A DNA stretch of 44,098 nucleotides from Vicinamibacterales bacterium. GTDB taxonomy: Bacteria > Acidobacteriota > Vicinamibacteria > Vicinamibacterales > UBA2999. Positions within the stretch are counted from its first letter, which is position 1, and each line of letters begins with the position of its first letter. The position numbers and the translations under genes are program-made. The DNA is taken from positions 1 to 44,098 of the forward strand of contig DAIRFN010000004.1 of the NCBI GenBank assembly GCA_036795065.1, written 5' to 3'. Positions 9,582 to 18,764 of this stretch are shown here, piece by piece. The notes beneath the pieces are model-generated. The model worked only from the letters and a program-made list of their open reading frames with translations. It was not told the DNA's origin and made no database searches.

Positions 9582-10850
9582 ATGAACAGGGGCGCGTGGG
9601 TCGTGGGAGTGGCGGTGTTGGTCGTGCTCGGGGCGGTGCGGCCCTCGGCTCGCCAGGCGGTGGTCACGCCGCGGACGTTCACGTTCGCCGAGTCGCCGAA
9701 CGAGATGGTGCTCGAGAACGGCCAGACGCTCGGTCCCATCACCGTGGTCTACGAGACCTACGGTCGACTCGCCCCTGACGGCCGCAACGGCGTGCTCATC
9801 CTGCACGGGATGGGCGGCACCGCCCACGCGGCCGGCCGATACTCCAACAATCCGCAGGAACGCCCCGGCTGGTGGGATGCGCTCATCGGTCCGGGCCGGC
9901 CCTTCGACACGGATCGTTTCTACGTCGTCAGTCCGCAGGCCCTGGCCGGAGGGCATCGCGACAAGAAGCCGGGCACGGGCACCACCGGCCCTCATTCCAG
10001 CGACCCCCGCACGGGCAAGCCCTACGGGATGCGCTTCCCGACCTTCTCCATCCGCGACATGGTTCGCGTGCACAAGGCGCTGCTCGACCATCTGGGCGTC
10101 AAGCACCTGGTGGTGGTCTCCGGCGTGTCGATGGGGGGCTACCAGGCACTGGAGCTGATCTGCACGTTCCCCGACCTTGCCGATGGCGCCATTCCGGTGG
10201 TGGCGCGCGGGCGGTCGCCGGCGCAGCACGCGCTCGACCACTTCATCCGTCGCATGTCGATCATGAACGACGCGAACTGGCAGGACGGCGACTACGACGG
10301 CACCGGGCGGTATCCGACGCGCGGGCAGGCGCTCGCGGGCATGGCTTCGTCGCGGAGCTACAACAACGCGCCATCGTTCAACGACGACAAGCAGGCCGAT
10401 GTGCCCGGCGCGTCACCGTACGACAAGGTGACCAACAACTTCGCGTTCGAGGGTGAGCTCTGGGCCAATGCGCTGGCGAACGCCGAGCGGAACATCGACG
10501 CCAACGATTACCTGTACCAATCGCGTGCCCTGGCCAACCAGAACCTCGGCTGGAAGCGCGGCGACTACTCGCGCGGCTATCGCGCGAGCCTGGCCGATGC
10601 GCTGAAGCTGACCAGCGCCGCCGTCCTGATGATGCCGTCGAAGACAGACGATTCGGTGCGGCCGTCCTACGGTCAGGAGATCGTGGACATCATGCGGACG
10701 CTCGGCAAGCGCGCCGAGATCCACGTCATCGACTCGGAGCGCGGGCACAGCGGCTCGTCCGAGTTCTCGCAGATGATCGCGCCGATGAAGCGGTTCATCG
10801 CCAGCCTGCCCGGCGGAGCCGGCGCGCGCCGGCCGGCCGGGCAACCGTGA
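9582..10850 (+). CDS. Exported MetX (homoserine O-acetyltransferase)-family alpha/beta hydrolase
   Basis: 422 aa. GGAGG RBS. Signal-like MNRGAWVVGVAVLVVLGAVRPSARQ. MetX-family blocks VVYETYGRL, ILHGMGG, GWWDALIGPG, DTDRFYVV. Nucleophile elbow GVSMGG. Stop overlaps the GTG start of the next gene (GTGA). Confidence 0.85.
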   Translation: MNRGAWVVGVAVLVVLGAVRPSARQAVVTPRTFTFAESPNEMVLENGQTLGPITVVYETYGRLAPDGRNGVLILHGMGGTAHAAGRYSNNPQERPGWWDALIGPGRPFDTDRFYVVSPQALAGGHRDKKPGTGTTGPHSSDPRTGKPYGMRFPTFSIRDMVRVHKALLDHLGVKHLVVVSGVSMGGYQALELICTFPDLADGAIPVVARGRSPAQHALDHFIRRMSIMNDANWQDGDYDGTGRYPTRGQALAGMASSRSYNNAPSFNDDKQADVPGASPYDKVTNNFAFEGELWANALANAERNIDANDYLYQSRALANQNLGWKRGDYSRGYRASLADALKLTSAAVLMMPSKTDDSVRPSYGQEIVDIMRTLGKRAEIHVIDSERGHSGSSEFSQMIAPMKRFIASLPGGAGARRPAGQP

Positions 10851-12196
10851 GAGGCGCCCGCCTGCTCCTCGGGGGCGTGCTGGCTCTCGCGTCGGCCAGC
10901 GCGAGCGCGCAACCGGCCCACCAGCACCTGCGCCTCATCGCGCCGGCCGCGCCCGGCGGCGGGTGGGATCAGACCGCCCGCGCGATGCAGGCCGTGCTGC
11001 AGGCCGCCGGACTCGTGGGCACCTCGTCGGTCGAGAACATTCCCGGAGCCGCGGGCACCATCGGCCTGGCGCGTTTCGTCAGTGCGGAGCGCGGCAACGG
11101 CGACGTGCTCATGCTCTCCGGGCTCATCATGCTGGGGGCGGTGGTGACGCACCAGTCGCCGGTGACGCTGCGCGAGGTGACGCCCATCGCGCGGCTCCTC
11201 GGCGAGTGGGAGGTCGTCGTCGTGCCTTCCGCCTCTCCGTATCAATCGCTCGCCGATCTCACTGATGCCTTTCGCACCCGGCCCGAATCCATCTCGTGGG
11301 GTGGCGGATCCGCCGGCGGGACGGATCAAATCCTGGCCGGGCTGTTTGCCGACGCCGTGGGCGTGGCGCCCAACCGCGTCAACTACATTGCCTTCTCGGG
11401 CGGAGGCGAGTCGCTCTCGGCCATTCTCGGCGGACAGGTGTCGGTGGGCGTCAACGGACTGGCCGAACTGGCGCCCCACATCGAGGCCGGGACGGTTCGG
11501 GCGCTGGCCATCTCGAGCGGCGAGCGGCTGCCGAACCTGGACGTGCCGACGTTCCGCGAGCAGGGCGTCGACGTCGAGATCGAGAACTGGCGGTCCGTGG
11601 TTGCGCCGCCCGGGGTGAGCGCCACCGAGCGCGAACGCCTGGAGCAGACGACCGCGGCCATGGTGCGATCGCCGCAATGGCACGAGGCCCTCGCGCGGTA
11701 CCGCTGGAACGACCGGTACCTGGCCGGCGCGGCGTTCGCCCGCTTCTCGGCTGCGGAGGAGGCGCGCGTCGAGGGGATCCTGGCCCGGCTCGGCACCGGA
11801 TCGTCCGCCGGCGCCGCCTCGGTGGCCGCGGTGGGCCGCTATCCGCTGTTCGTCCTGTTCGGGCTTGCCGCCAGCGCGCTGTGGTCCGCGGGTGCGATGG
11901 TGCGCTGGCGAGCGCGAGCGGGCGAGACATCCGTCCCGGCGGCAGGCGTGGCCGACAGGTGGCGAGCGGTCATCCTGATTGCCGTGGCGGCGGGCATCGA
12001 TGTGCTGTTGCTGGACCGCGCCGGCTTCATCATCGCGTCAACGGCGCTCTTCTGGGTCACGGCGCGCGCGTTCGATGCCAGTCATCCCATCCGCGACGTG
12101 GTGTTCGCCCTCGCCATCTCGACCGCGTCGTACGTCGTGTTCGTGCGATGGCTGGACCTGGCGCTGCCGGCCGGCGTGCTCGCCGGGTGGCTCTAG
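10847..12196 (+). CDS. tctC: Tripartite tricarboxylate transporter substrate-binding protein fused to small membrane subunit (TctC::TctB)
   Basis: 449 aa. Signal peptide. Bug/TctC-like body ([38 protein letters not shown]). Then about 130 aa of hydrophobic TctB-like helices ([15 protein letters not shown]..., [31 protein letters not shown]...). Confidence 0.85.
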   Translation: MRGARLLLGGVLALASASASAQPAHQHLRLIAPAAPGGGWDQTARAMQAVLQAAGLVGTSSVENIPGAAGTIGLARFVSAERGNGDVLMLSGLIMLGAVVTHQSPVTLREVTPIARLLGEWEVVVVPSASPYQSLADLTDAFRTRPESISWGGGSAGGTDQILAGLFADAVGVAPNRVNYIAFSGGGESLSAILGGQVSVGVNGLAELAPHIEAGTVRALAISSGERLPNLDVPTFREQGVDVEIENWRSVVAPPGVSATERERLEQTTAAMVRSPQWHEALARYRWNDRYLAGAAFARFSAAEEARVEGILARLGTGSSAGAASVAAVGRYPLFVLFGLAASALWSAGAMVRWRARAGETSVPAAGVADRWRAVILIAVAAGIDVLLLDRAGFIIASTALFWVTARAFDASHPIRDVVFALAISTASYVVFVRWLDLALPAGVLAGWL

Positions 12197-12224
12197 CGGG
12201 CGGCGACAAGGAACGCCGACGCTC

Positions 12225-13721
12225 ATGCTCGAGACACTGCGACTGCTTGCGGAGGGCTTTGCCAGCGCACTCACCGGGCCCCACCTGGCGTGGGCGTTCG
12301 CCGGCGTCACGTTGGGCACGGCCGTCGGTGTCCTGCCCGGCATCGGGCCCGCCCTCACCGTGGCGCTGCTCCTGCCGGTGACGTTCAGCCTGGATCCCGT
12401 GAGCGCGTTCATCATGTTCGGGGGCATCTACTACGGCGCCATGTACGGCGGATCGACCACCAGCATCCTCATCAACTCCCCGGGGGAGACCGCATCCATC
12501 GTCACCGCCATCGACGGCCACGTGATGGCGAGGAAGGGGCGCGCCTCGGCGGCGCTGACGACGGCCGCGGTGGGGTCGTTCGTGGCGGGCACGGTGGCCA
12601 CGCTCGCGCTCACGTTCTTCGCCCCGATGCTCGCCTCGGTGGCGCTCAGCTTCGGGCCCGCCGAATACTTCGCGCTGACCATGGTCGCGTTCACCACCGT
12701 TGCGGTGCTGCTCGGCGCCTCGCTGGCCCGCGGCCTGTTCAGCCTGTTCCTCGGCCTCGCGCTCGGCCTGGTGGGCATCGATCAGCTCACGGGGACGGCC
12801 CGCTTCTCGTTCGGGATTCCGCAGCTGCTCGATGGCATCGACGTGATGATCCTGGTCATCGGGCTCTTCGCGGTGGGGGAGACGCTGCACCAGGCCTGGC
12901 GACGCGGGCAGGATGAAGGCGACGTGGTGGCGCTTCACGATTTCACGGGCATGAGCCGCGACGACTGGCGGCGGTCGTGGAGGCCGTGGCTGCGGGGCAC
13001 GGCCATCGGCTTTCCCCTCGGCGTCTTGCCGTGCGGCGGCTCGGTGATTCCCACGGTCGTCTCGTACATGGTGGAGCGGCGGTTGAGCGCGCGACCCGAG
13101 GAGTTCGGTCACGGCGCCATCGAGGGCGTGGCCGGGCCGGAGGCTGCCAACAACGCCGCGGCCGCGGGGGTGCTGGTGCCGCTGCTGACCCTCGGCCTGC
13201 CCTCATCTGCCACGGCGGCGGTGCTGCTCACGGCCTTCCAGCAGTACGGGCTGCAGCCGGGGCCGCTGCTCTTCTCGACGCGGCCGGACCTCGTGTGGAC
13301 GCTCATCGCCAGCCTCTACATCGGCAACGTGATGCTGCTCGTCCTGAACCTGCCGCTGGCGCCGCTGTGGGCCCGGGTGATGCTGGTGCCGCGAAGGTTG
13401 CTGTTCGCCAGCATCCTGGTGCTGGCCTCGGTCGGCGCCTACAGCCTGAACCGATCGCTGCTCGATGTGGCGCTGCTCTACGCGGTGGGGATGATTGGCT
13501 GGGGCATGCGGGTGCTCGACATCCCGCTCGTGCCGGCGGTCCTGGGCCTCATCCTCGGGCCGCTCGCCGAGCAGCAGTTCCGCCGGGCCGTCGCCATCAG
13601 CGAGGGCGATTACTCGGTGTTCGTCACCCGTCCCATCTCCGCCGTCCTGCTGGCGTCGGCAGCGGCCGTGCTCATCGCGCCGCTCGTCTTCCGTCGCATG
13701 CGTGGAGCGGCCACGCCATGA
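12225..13721 (+). CDS. tctA: Tripartite tricarboxylate transporter large permease TctA
   Basis: Real start is ATG 12225 ([12 protein letters not shown]...) inside the longer track ORF. 498-aa polytopic protein with TctA blocks [42 protein letters not shown]. Confidence 0.9.
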   Translation: MLETLRLLAEGFASALTGPHLAWAFAGVTLGTAVGVLPGIGPALTVALLLPVTFSLDPVSAFIMFGGIYYGAMYGGSTTSILINSPGETASIVTAIDGHVMARKGRASAALTTAAVGSFVAGTVATLALTFFAPMLASVALSFGPAEYFALTMVAFTTVAVLLGASLARGLFSLFLGLALGLVGIDQLTGTARFSFGIPQLLDGIDVMILVIGLFAVGETLHQAWRRGQDEGDVVALHDFTGMSRDDWRRSWRPWLRGTAIGFPLGVLPCGGSVIPTVVSYMVERRLSARPEEFGHGAIEGVAGPEAANNAAAAGVLVPLLTLGLPSSATAAVLLTAFQQYGLQPGPLLFSTRPDLVWTLIASLYIGNVMLLVLNLPLAPLWARVMLVPRRLLFASILVLASVGAYSLNRSLLDVALLYAVGMIGWGMRVLDIPLVPAVLGLILGPLAEQQFRRAVAISEGDYSVFVTRPISAVLLASAAAVLIAPLVFRRMRGAATP

Positions 13722-15106
13722 GCGCGCAGCCGTATGACGTCGTCGTCGTCGGTGGTGGGAACGCCGCGCTGTCGGCGGCGCTGACTGCGCGGGCGTCAGG
13801 GGCGAGCGTCGTCGTGCTGGAGAGCGCGCCGCGGCACTTCCGCGGCGGCAACAGCCGCCACACCCGCAACCTCCGCGTGGCGCACGATGCGCCAACCGAC
13901 GTTCTCGCTGGCGCCTACGGCGAGGACGAGTTCTGGTCCGATCTGCTGCGCGTGAGCGGCAGCACGAATGAGACGCTGGCGCGGCTCGTGATCGGGCAGT
14001 CGAAGGGGTGTCCCGATTGGATGCGCCGGTACGGCGTCAGGTTCCAGGGGGCGCCGCGTGGCACGCTGCACCTGGGGCGCACCAACGCGTTCTTCCTGGG
14101 GGGCGGCAAGGCGCTGATGAACAGCTACTACGCTGCCGCCGACCGCATGGGTGTCGAGGTTCTCTACGACGCGCAGGTCGAGCAAATGGAGATGGAGGGC
14201 GGGCGCTTCACGGCGGCCGTGACCCGGGCGCGCGACCAGGCGCGGGTGGTGCGCGGGCGGGCGGTGGTGCTGGCCTCGGGGGGATTCGAGTCGAACATCG
14301 CCTGGCTGCGCGAGGCGTGGGGCCCCGCCGCCGATAACTTCATCATCCGCGGGACCCCGTTCAATACCGGCCGCGTGCTCAGGTTGATGCTGGATGCCGG
14401 CGCACAGCCGGTCGGCGACGCGAAGGCCTGTCATGCCGTGGCCGTCGATGCGCGCGCCCCCCGCTTCGACGGCGGCATCGTCACGCGGCTCGACTCGGTG
14501 CCGCTCGGCATCGTCGTGAATGCTCTTGGCCAGCGTTTCTCCGATGAAGGCGAGGACTTCTGGCCCCGGCGCTACGCCATCTGGGGATCCCTGATTGCCC
14601 AGCAGCCCGGGCAGATCGCGTATTCGATCATCGACAGCAAGGTGGTGGGCCGTTTCATGCCTTCCGTGTTCCCGCCGCTGGTGGCCGCGTCCATTCGTGA
14701 GCTGGCCGGCGCGATTGGTGTGCCCGCGGAGGCCCTCGACGCCACCATCGACACGCTCAATCGCGCGGTGCGGCCAGGCACGTTCGACCACCAGGCCTTG
14801 GACGATTGCCGCACCGAAGGGCTGAACCCGCCGAAGACGCACTGGGCGCAGGCGATCGACACCCCGCCGTTCCGCGCCTACCCGCTACGCCCGGGGATCA
14901 CCTTCACCTATCTCGGGCTGACGGTGAACGAACGGGCGCAGGTGATGATGTCGGACGGCGCGCCCGCGGAGAACATTTATGCCGCGGGAGAGATCATGGC
15001 GGGCAACATCCTGCGACGTGGCTACGTGGCCGGCGTGGGCATGACCATCGGCACGGTGTTCGGGCGCATCGCCGGGGAGGGAGCCGCGGGCCATGCCGAA
15101 GTCTGA
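13718..15106 (+). CDS. tcuA: FAD-dependent tricarballylate dehydrogenase TcuA
   Basis: Start ATG 13718 overlaps the tctA stop (ATGA). [22 protein letters not shown] dinucleotide fold. 462 aa, fumarate-reductase-type flavoprotein. Followed by tcuB. Confidence 0.88.
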   Translation: MSAQPYDVVVVGGGNAALSAALTARASGASVVVLESAPRHFRGGNSRHTRNLRVAHDAPTDVLAGAYGEDEFWSDLLRVSGSTNETLARLVIGQSKGCPDWMRRYGVRFQGAPRGTLHLGRTNAFFLGGGKALMNSYYAAADRMGVEVLYDAQVEQMEMEGGRFTAAVTRARDQARVVRGRAVVLASGGFESNIAWLREAWGPAADNFIIRGTPFNTGRVLRLMLDAGAQPVGDAKACHAVAVDARAPRFDGGIVTRLDSVPLGIVVNALGQRFSDEGEDFWPRRYAIWGSLIAQQPGQIAYSIIDSKVVGRFMPSVFPPLVAASIRELAGAIGVPAEALDATIDTLNRAVRPGTFDHQALDDCRTEGLNPPKTHWAQAIDTPPFRAYPLRPGITFTYLGLTVNERAQVMMSDGAPAENIYAAGEIMAGNILRRGYVAGVGMTIGTVFGRIAGEGAAGHAEV

Positions 15107-16196
15107 ACTCCGGCGTCGCGGCGAGCACACGATGACGGTGTGCAATAGCTGCCGCTACTGCGAGCAGTACTGCCCCGTGTTTCCCGCGATGGAGCGGCGC
15201 CTGACCTTCAGCGACGCCGACCTCGCCTACCTCGCGAATCTCTGCCACAACTGCGGCGAATGCCTGTATGCCTGTCAGTACGCGCCGCCGCACGAGTTCG
15301 GCATCGACGTGCCGCGCACGCTTGCGGAGCTTCGGCTGCTGTCCTACGAGGAAGACTGCTGGCCGAGATCACTCGCGCAGGCGTTCAGGCGGCAGGGGCG
15401 CTCCACCGCAATCGCCCTGGCGCTGGGCTTCACCGCGATCCTGTTTGCCGCCAGCGCCCTGCTCAATCCGGCGGCACTGCTCTCGGGAAGGAGCGACGCC
15501 GACTTCTACGCAGTGGTGCCGCACGGCGTGATGGTGGGGCTGTTTGGCGCGGTGGGCGGCTTCGTCCTGCTGGCGCTCGGCTGGTCGGTGCGGGGATTCT
15601 GGCGACGCCTCTCCCCTGAAGGGTCACCACCGCTCACTGCGCGCGCGGTCGGTCGCGCCGTTGGCGACGCCCTGACGCTGCGCCATCTCCACGCCAGCGG
15701 CCCCGACTGCGTCTCGGCCGAAGAGGTGCGCTCGCCCTGGCGTCGCTGGTCGCATCACGCCACGCTCGGCGGCTTCTTTCTCTGCTTCGCGTCCACCTCG
15801 GTGGCGGCGATTTATCACGGCGTCTTCGGTTGGGAGGCGCCGCACGCCTACACGAGTCTGCCCGTGGTGCTCGGAACGGCGGGCGGCCTCGGCCTGGTGG
15901 CGGGACCGGCGGGGCAGTGGTGGCAGCGACGGCGGCGCGATCCCGCACTGGCCGATCCTGCGCAGCAGGGCCTGGATGAGTCGCTCCTGCTGCTCCTGTG
16001 GCTCACCAGCGTGACGGGCCTGCTGCTGCTGGTGCTGCGCACGCAGCCGATCATGGGTCCGTTGCTCCTGATCCACCTGGGTGTCGTGCTCGCGCTTTTC
16101 GTCACGCTGCCGTACGGGAAGTTCGTGCACGGGCTCTATCGCCTGGCTGCGCTGGTGAAGGACGCGGCGGAACGGGCCGCGAGCGACTCCGTCTAA
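15093..16196 (+). CDS. tcuB: Tricarballylate utilization Fe-S/membrane protein TcuB
   Basis: 367 aa. N-terminal CNSCRYCEQYCP and CHNCGECLYAC clusters followed by hydrophobic helices. GGAGGGAG RBS. Overlaps the tcuA 3' end by 14 nt. Confidence 0.88.
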   Translation: MPKSELRRRGEHTMTVCNSCRYCEQYCPVFPAMERRLTFSDADLAYLANLCHNCGECLYACQYAPPHEFGIDVPRTLAELRLLSYEEDCWPRSLAQAFRRQGRSTAIALALGFTAILFAASALLNPAALLSGRSDADFYAVVPHGVMVGLFGAVGGFVLLALGWSVRGFWRRLSPEGSPPLTARAVGRAVGDALTLRHLHASGPDCVSAEEVRSPWRRWSHHATLGGFFLCFASTSVAAIYHGVFGWEAPHAYTSLPVVLGTAGGLGLVAGPAGQWWQRRRRDPALADPAQQGLDESLLLLLWLTSVTGLLLLVLRTQPIMGPLLLIHLGVVLALFVTLPYGKFVHGLYRLAALVKDAAERAASDSV

Positions 16197-16271
16197 ACTG
16201 ATTAGGGCGTGACGGACGGCGTCGTGCCCTCGGTGTGCGTCGTGTTCCCGTGGACACCACAAGGAGCTGAC

Positions 16272-16673
16272 ATGACCAACGGCACCCGTGAACCCGACCC
16301 CTCGCTGGTCACGGTCACGCACTTCACCTACGCCCTGCACGCGCTCGGCCTGGCGATCGGCGCGTTCGGCGCTGCCAGTGTCCTGGGCTCGTTCCTCTTC
16401 GGCTGGCCGTCCATTGTCGCGGTGATCATCAACTACGTGAAGCGCGGCGACGCGCGCGGCACGTGGCTCGAGTCGCACTACACCTGGCAGATCCGCACCT
16501 TCTGGTTCGCGCTGCTCTGGGCCTGCATCGTGGGCATCGCGGGCCTGGTGCTGGCGATCGTGGTGGTGGGCATCGCCATCTGGGTGGTCGGGCTGTTCGT
16601 CCTGGGCATCTGGGCCATCTATCGCATTGCCCGCGGGTGGCTGGCGCTCAGGGATCGCCGGCCCGTGCCGTGA
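16272..16673 (+). CDS. Small integral membrane protein (about 4 TM helices), function unknown
   Basis: ATG 16272 preceded by AAGGAG at 16261-16266. 133 aa, strongly hydrophobic (LAIGAFGAASVLGSFLFGWPSIVAVIINY..., FWFALLWACIVGIAGLVLAIVVVGIAIWVV...). Confidence 0.65.
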   Translation: MTNGTREPDPSLVTVTHFTYALHALGLAIGAFGAASVLGSFLFGWPSIVAVIINYVKRGDARGTWLESHYTWQIRTFWFALLWACIVGIAGLVLAIVVVGIAIWVVGLFVLGIWAIYRIARGWLALRDRRPVP

Positions 16674-16744
16674 ACCCCAATTCGACTTCGTGCCGTATCT
16701 CGTGTCCTTCGTGTTCTTCGTGTTCCCGTGACAGGTGCGGCGCC

Positions 16745-17593
16745 TCAGTTCGGGACGCCGTCGTCCGTGGCGGCGGGCCGCGTCGCCGTGACCGCCTGCT
16801 CGATGCGCGCCAGCCGTTCGGCGATGCCCACGATCTCCACGTGCGCCTTCACGTTCACCTGGTAGTCCAGGTCGGTCCGGATGCGGTCGCGCTCCGACTG
16901 CCGGTTCTGGCTCACCAGCACGAAGATCGACAGGAAGATGGCCTCGAGGCTCACGATCAGCGTCAGCAGGCCGAACGGGTACGGATCGAAGGCGAGCGCC
17001 GCCGGCAGCAGCCCGGCGCGCGCCACCGTGTTCAGCAGGATCCAGGTACCGAACCACGCGATGTGCGTGAGGGTGAACGCCTGGCTGGCGGCCACGGTGG
17101 CGACCACATCGCTGACCCGCTGCCAGCGCGTGGTGGCCTCGGCAATCACCTGGTTGGGGTTCGGCAGGCCACGGATGGTGGCGGTGCTGGCCCGGAGCCG
17201 CGCGCCCAGCACCTGCAGCATGTCGATGGCCACGTCCGGGCGCTGGCGCAGGAAGGCATGAAGCGGCTCACGCGGCAGCGCCAGCAGCGAGCAGTCCGTG
17301 AGCGCCCGGACCGTCGCGCTGCGCGGGCCGCCGTCGATGAGCCCGAGCTCGCCAAACACGCCGCCGGGACCGAGCGTGTCGAGCCGCACGTGCCCGCCCC
17401 TGGCGTCCGGTGCGGTGACCTCGACACGGCCCTGGTCGACGATGAAGAGCGTGTCGCCCCGGTCGCCGAACCAGAAGATGGGTTCGTTGGCTTTGACGGA
17501 CTGGCGGGTCATGAGGGCGAGCAGGGCCTGCCGGCCCGCCTCGTCCAGTCGCGCGAACAGCGGGACGTGGGACAGCTGCGTCGGCGTGCTCAC
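16745..17593 (-). CDS. Cyclic-nucleotide-binding domain protein fused to DUF1003-type membrane domain
   Basis: Real start is GTG 17593 (VSTPTQLSHVPLFARLDEAG...), overlapping the upstream stop (GTGA). cNMP-binding core FGELGLIDGGPRSATV. C-terminal TM pair plus SQNRQSERDRIRTDLDYQVN, typical of DUF1003. Confidence 0.85.
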   Translation of the reverse strand: MSTPTQLSHVPLFARLDEAGRQALLALMTRQSVKANEPIFWFGDRGDTLFIVDQGRVEVTAPDARGGHVRLDTLGPGGVFGELGLIDGGPRSATVRALTDCSLLALPREPLHAFLRQRPDVAIDMLQVLGARLRASTATIRGLPNPNQVIAEATTRWQRVSDVVATVAASQAFTLTHIAWFGTWILLNTVARAGLLPAALAFDPYPFGLLTLIVSLEAIFLSIFVLVSQNRQSERDRIRTDLDYQVNVKAHVEIVGIAERLARIEQAVTATRPAATDDGVPN

Positions 17594-18429
17594 GGGCGCG
17601 GGGCCGCCTCGGCCGCCACCACCGCGATGGCTCGGAGCGGCGCCCCGCTGCCGCCCTTGATCTTCATCGGCAGGGCGATGACCTGGGCGCCGCGGCTGGG
17701 CAGGCGGTCGAGATTGGTGAGGTTCTCGAACCCCGGCACGTTCCGCTCGTACAGCACGCGGTGCGACTCGTAGAGCGACGACTGCCCATAGTCGATGCTC
17801 GCGGTGTCGATGCCGACGGCCTTGGCCTTTCGCGTTTCGGCCAGCCAGCGGGCCGCGTCGGGGTGCAGGCCGGGGAAGTGCAGCTTGGGCACGGCCGATT
17901 CGCCGCGCTCGCTGGTGCCCAGGTACTTTTCGGCATCGGGCCACCGGCGCGAGTAGTCCGTGCGGATGAGCACGATCGCCCCTTCGGCGAGCGGCCCGTG
18001 CGCCTGCTCCCAGGCGGTGAGATCGGCCACGCTCACCTGGTAGTCCGGCTGCGTGGCCGACGCCGCCGACACGTCCACGACCACGGCGTCGCCTACGAGG
18101 CGGTCGAGGGGAATCTGCTCGACCGTCCAGCGTCCCTCGGCGAAGTGCATGGGGGCGTCGAGGTGGGTCCCGCCGTGCTCGGAGGTGGCGAAGTTGTTCG
18201 CGGCGTAGTAATAGCCCTGCGCGGTCATGCCGGCGGCCAGCACGTCGAGCCGGAAGGCGTCGGCGGTGGGCCAGAAGATTGATTCGGCACTGTAGTCGTG
18301 CGAAAGATCGACGAGCGTGCCGTCGAGCACCCCGGTCGGGCGTGTGGATGGCGGAGCAGGCGAGGGCGAGCAGGCTGCAGCGGTACCGAGCAGACCCAGG
18401 AGGGACACACAAAGGAAAAGGGGGCGCAT
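17590..18429 (-). CDS. Cyclase-family protein (kynurenine-formamidase-like), lipoprotein
   Basis: 279 aa. Lipobox LLGTAAAC. Cyclase-family HGGTHLDAPMHF metal-binding block. Confidence 0.85.
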   Translation of the reverse strand: MRPLFLCVSLLGLLGTAAACSPSPAPPSTRPTGVLDGTLVDLSHDYSAESIFWPTADAFRLDVLAAGMTAQGYYYAANNFATSEHGGTHLDAPMHFAEGRWTVEQIPLDRLVGDAVVVDVSAASATQPDYQVSVADLTAWEQAHGPLAEGAIVLIRTDYSRRWPDAEKYLGTSERGESAVPKLHFPGLHPDAARWLAETRKAKAVGIDTASIDYGQSSLYESHRVLYERNVPGFENLTNLDRLPSRGAQVIALPMKIKGGSGAPLRAIAVVAAEAAPRP

Positions 18430-18456
18430 GGTGCCTCCAGTTTAACTGGAGGCACC
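18430..18456 (-). promoter_or_regulatory. Perfect 11-bp hairpin sequestering the Shine-Dalgarno sequence of the cyclase gene
   Basis: GGTGCCTCCAG-TTTAA-CTGGAGGCACC read directly from the sequence. On the minus-strand mRNA the 3' arm contains GGAGG 4 nt before the ATG at 18429, and the stem ends at the base adjacent to the start codon. Confidence 0.6.
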
Positions 18457-18532
18457 CGGACCTGGCGCGAGACGATGCATCGCCGCTCGACGAGGGTGTC
18501 CCCGCCCGGCCCCGGCCCACGGTCGCGAGCGG

Positions 18533-18646
18533 CTACGGCGTCTTCGGGCGAGCCTTGTCCTGCTTCCGCTGCTCCTCCTGCTTTTGTTTCTTCAGATGCT
18601 GCTGCTTGTTCTTTTCCTTGTCTTTCTTGCCGCCCTTGTCTCCCAT
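18533..18646 (-). CDS. 37-aa lysine-rich hydrophilic small protein
   Basis: Below the ORF-track size cut-off. Manual translation: MGDKGGKKDKEKNKQQHLKKQKQEEQRKQDKARPKTP then TAG. GAGGAG lies 5 nt upstream of the ATG. Locally AT-rich because of AAG/AAA/CAG codons. Confidence 0.6.
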   Translation of the reverse strand: MGDKGGKKDKEKNKQQHLKKQKQEEQRKQDKARPKTP

Positions 18647-18764
18647 GACTGCTCCTCTATCTCGCGCCTTCCTGAACCACTAATGGCTCGACTCGGGCGC
18701 GGCCATTTGCGAGCGACCCGCATTGTGAACGCAGGCAACGATGACGGTCTTCACGGCGCCCTGG

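Noticed and set aside
8118-10241. 707-aa minus-strand ORF as a single protein. The same issue affects 11979-13721, 12977-15106, 16745-18520, 31074-32363, 35781-36977 and 38459-41287.
   Set aside because: Only the C-terminal portions carry recognisable domains. Internal starts with SD sequences or start/stop overlaps fit the neighbouring genes. The upstream extensions overlap real genes on the other strand or in another frame and look like junk.
16687-16724. CRISPR array or mobile-element terminal repeat.
   Set aside because: The repeats are only 9 nt long and directly abutting with no spacers. No cas genes or transposase genes occur anywhere in the window.
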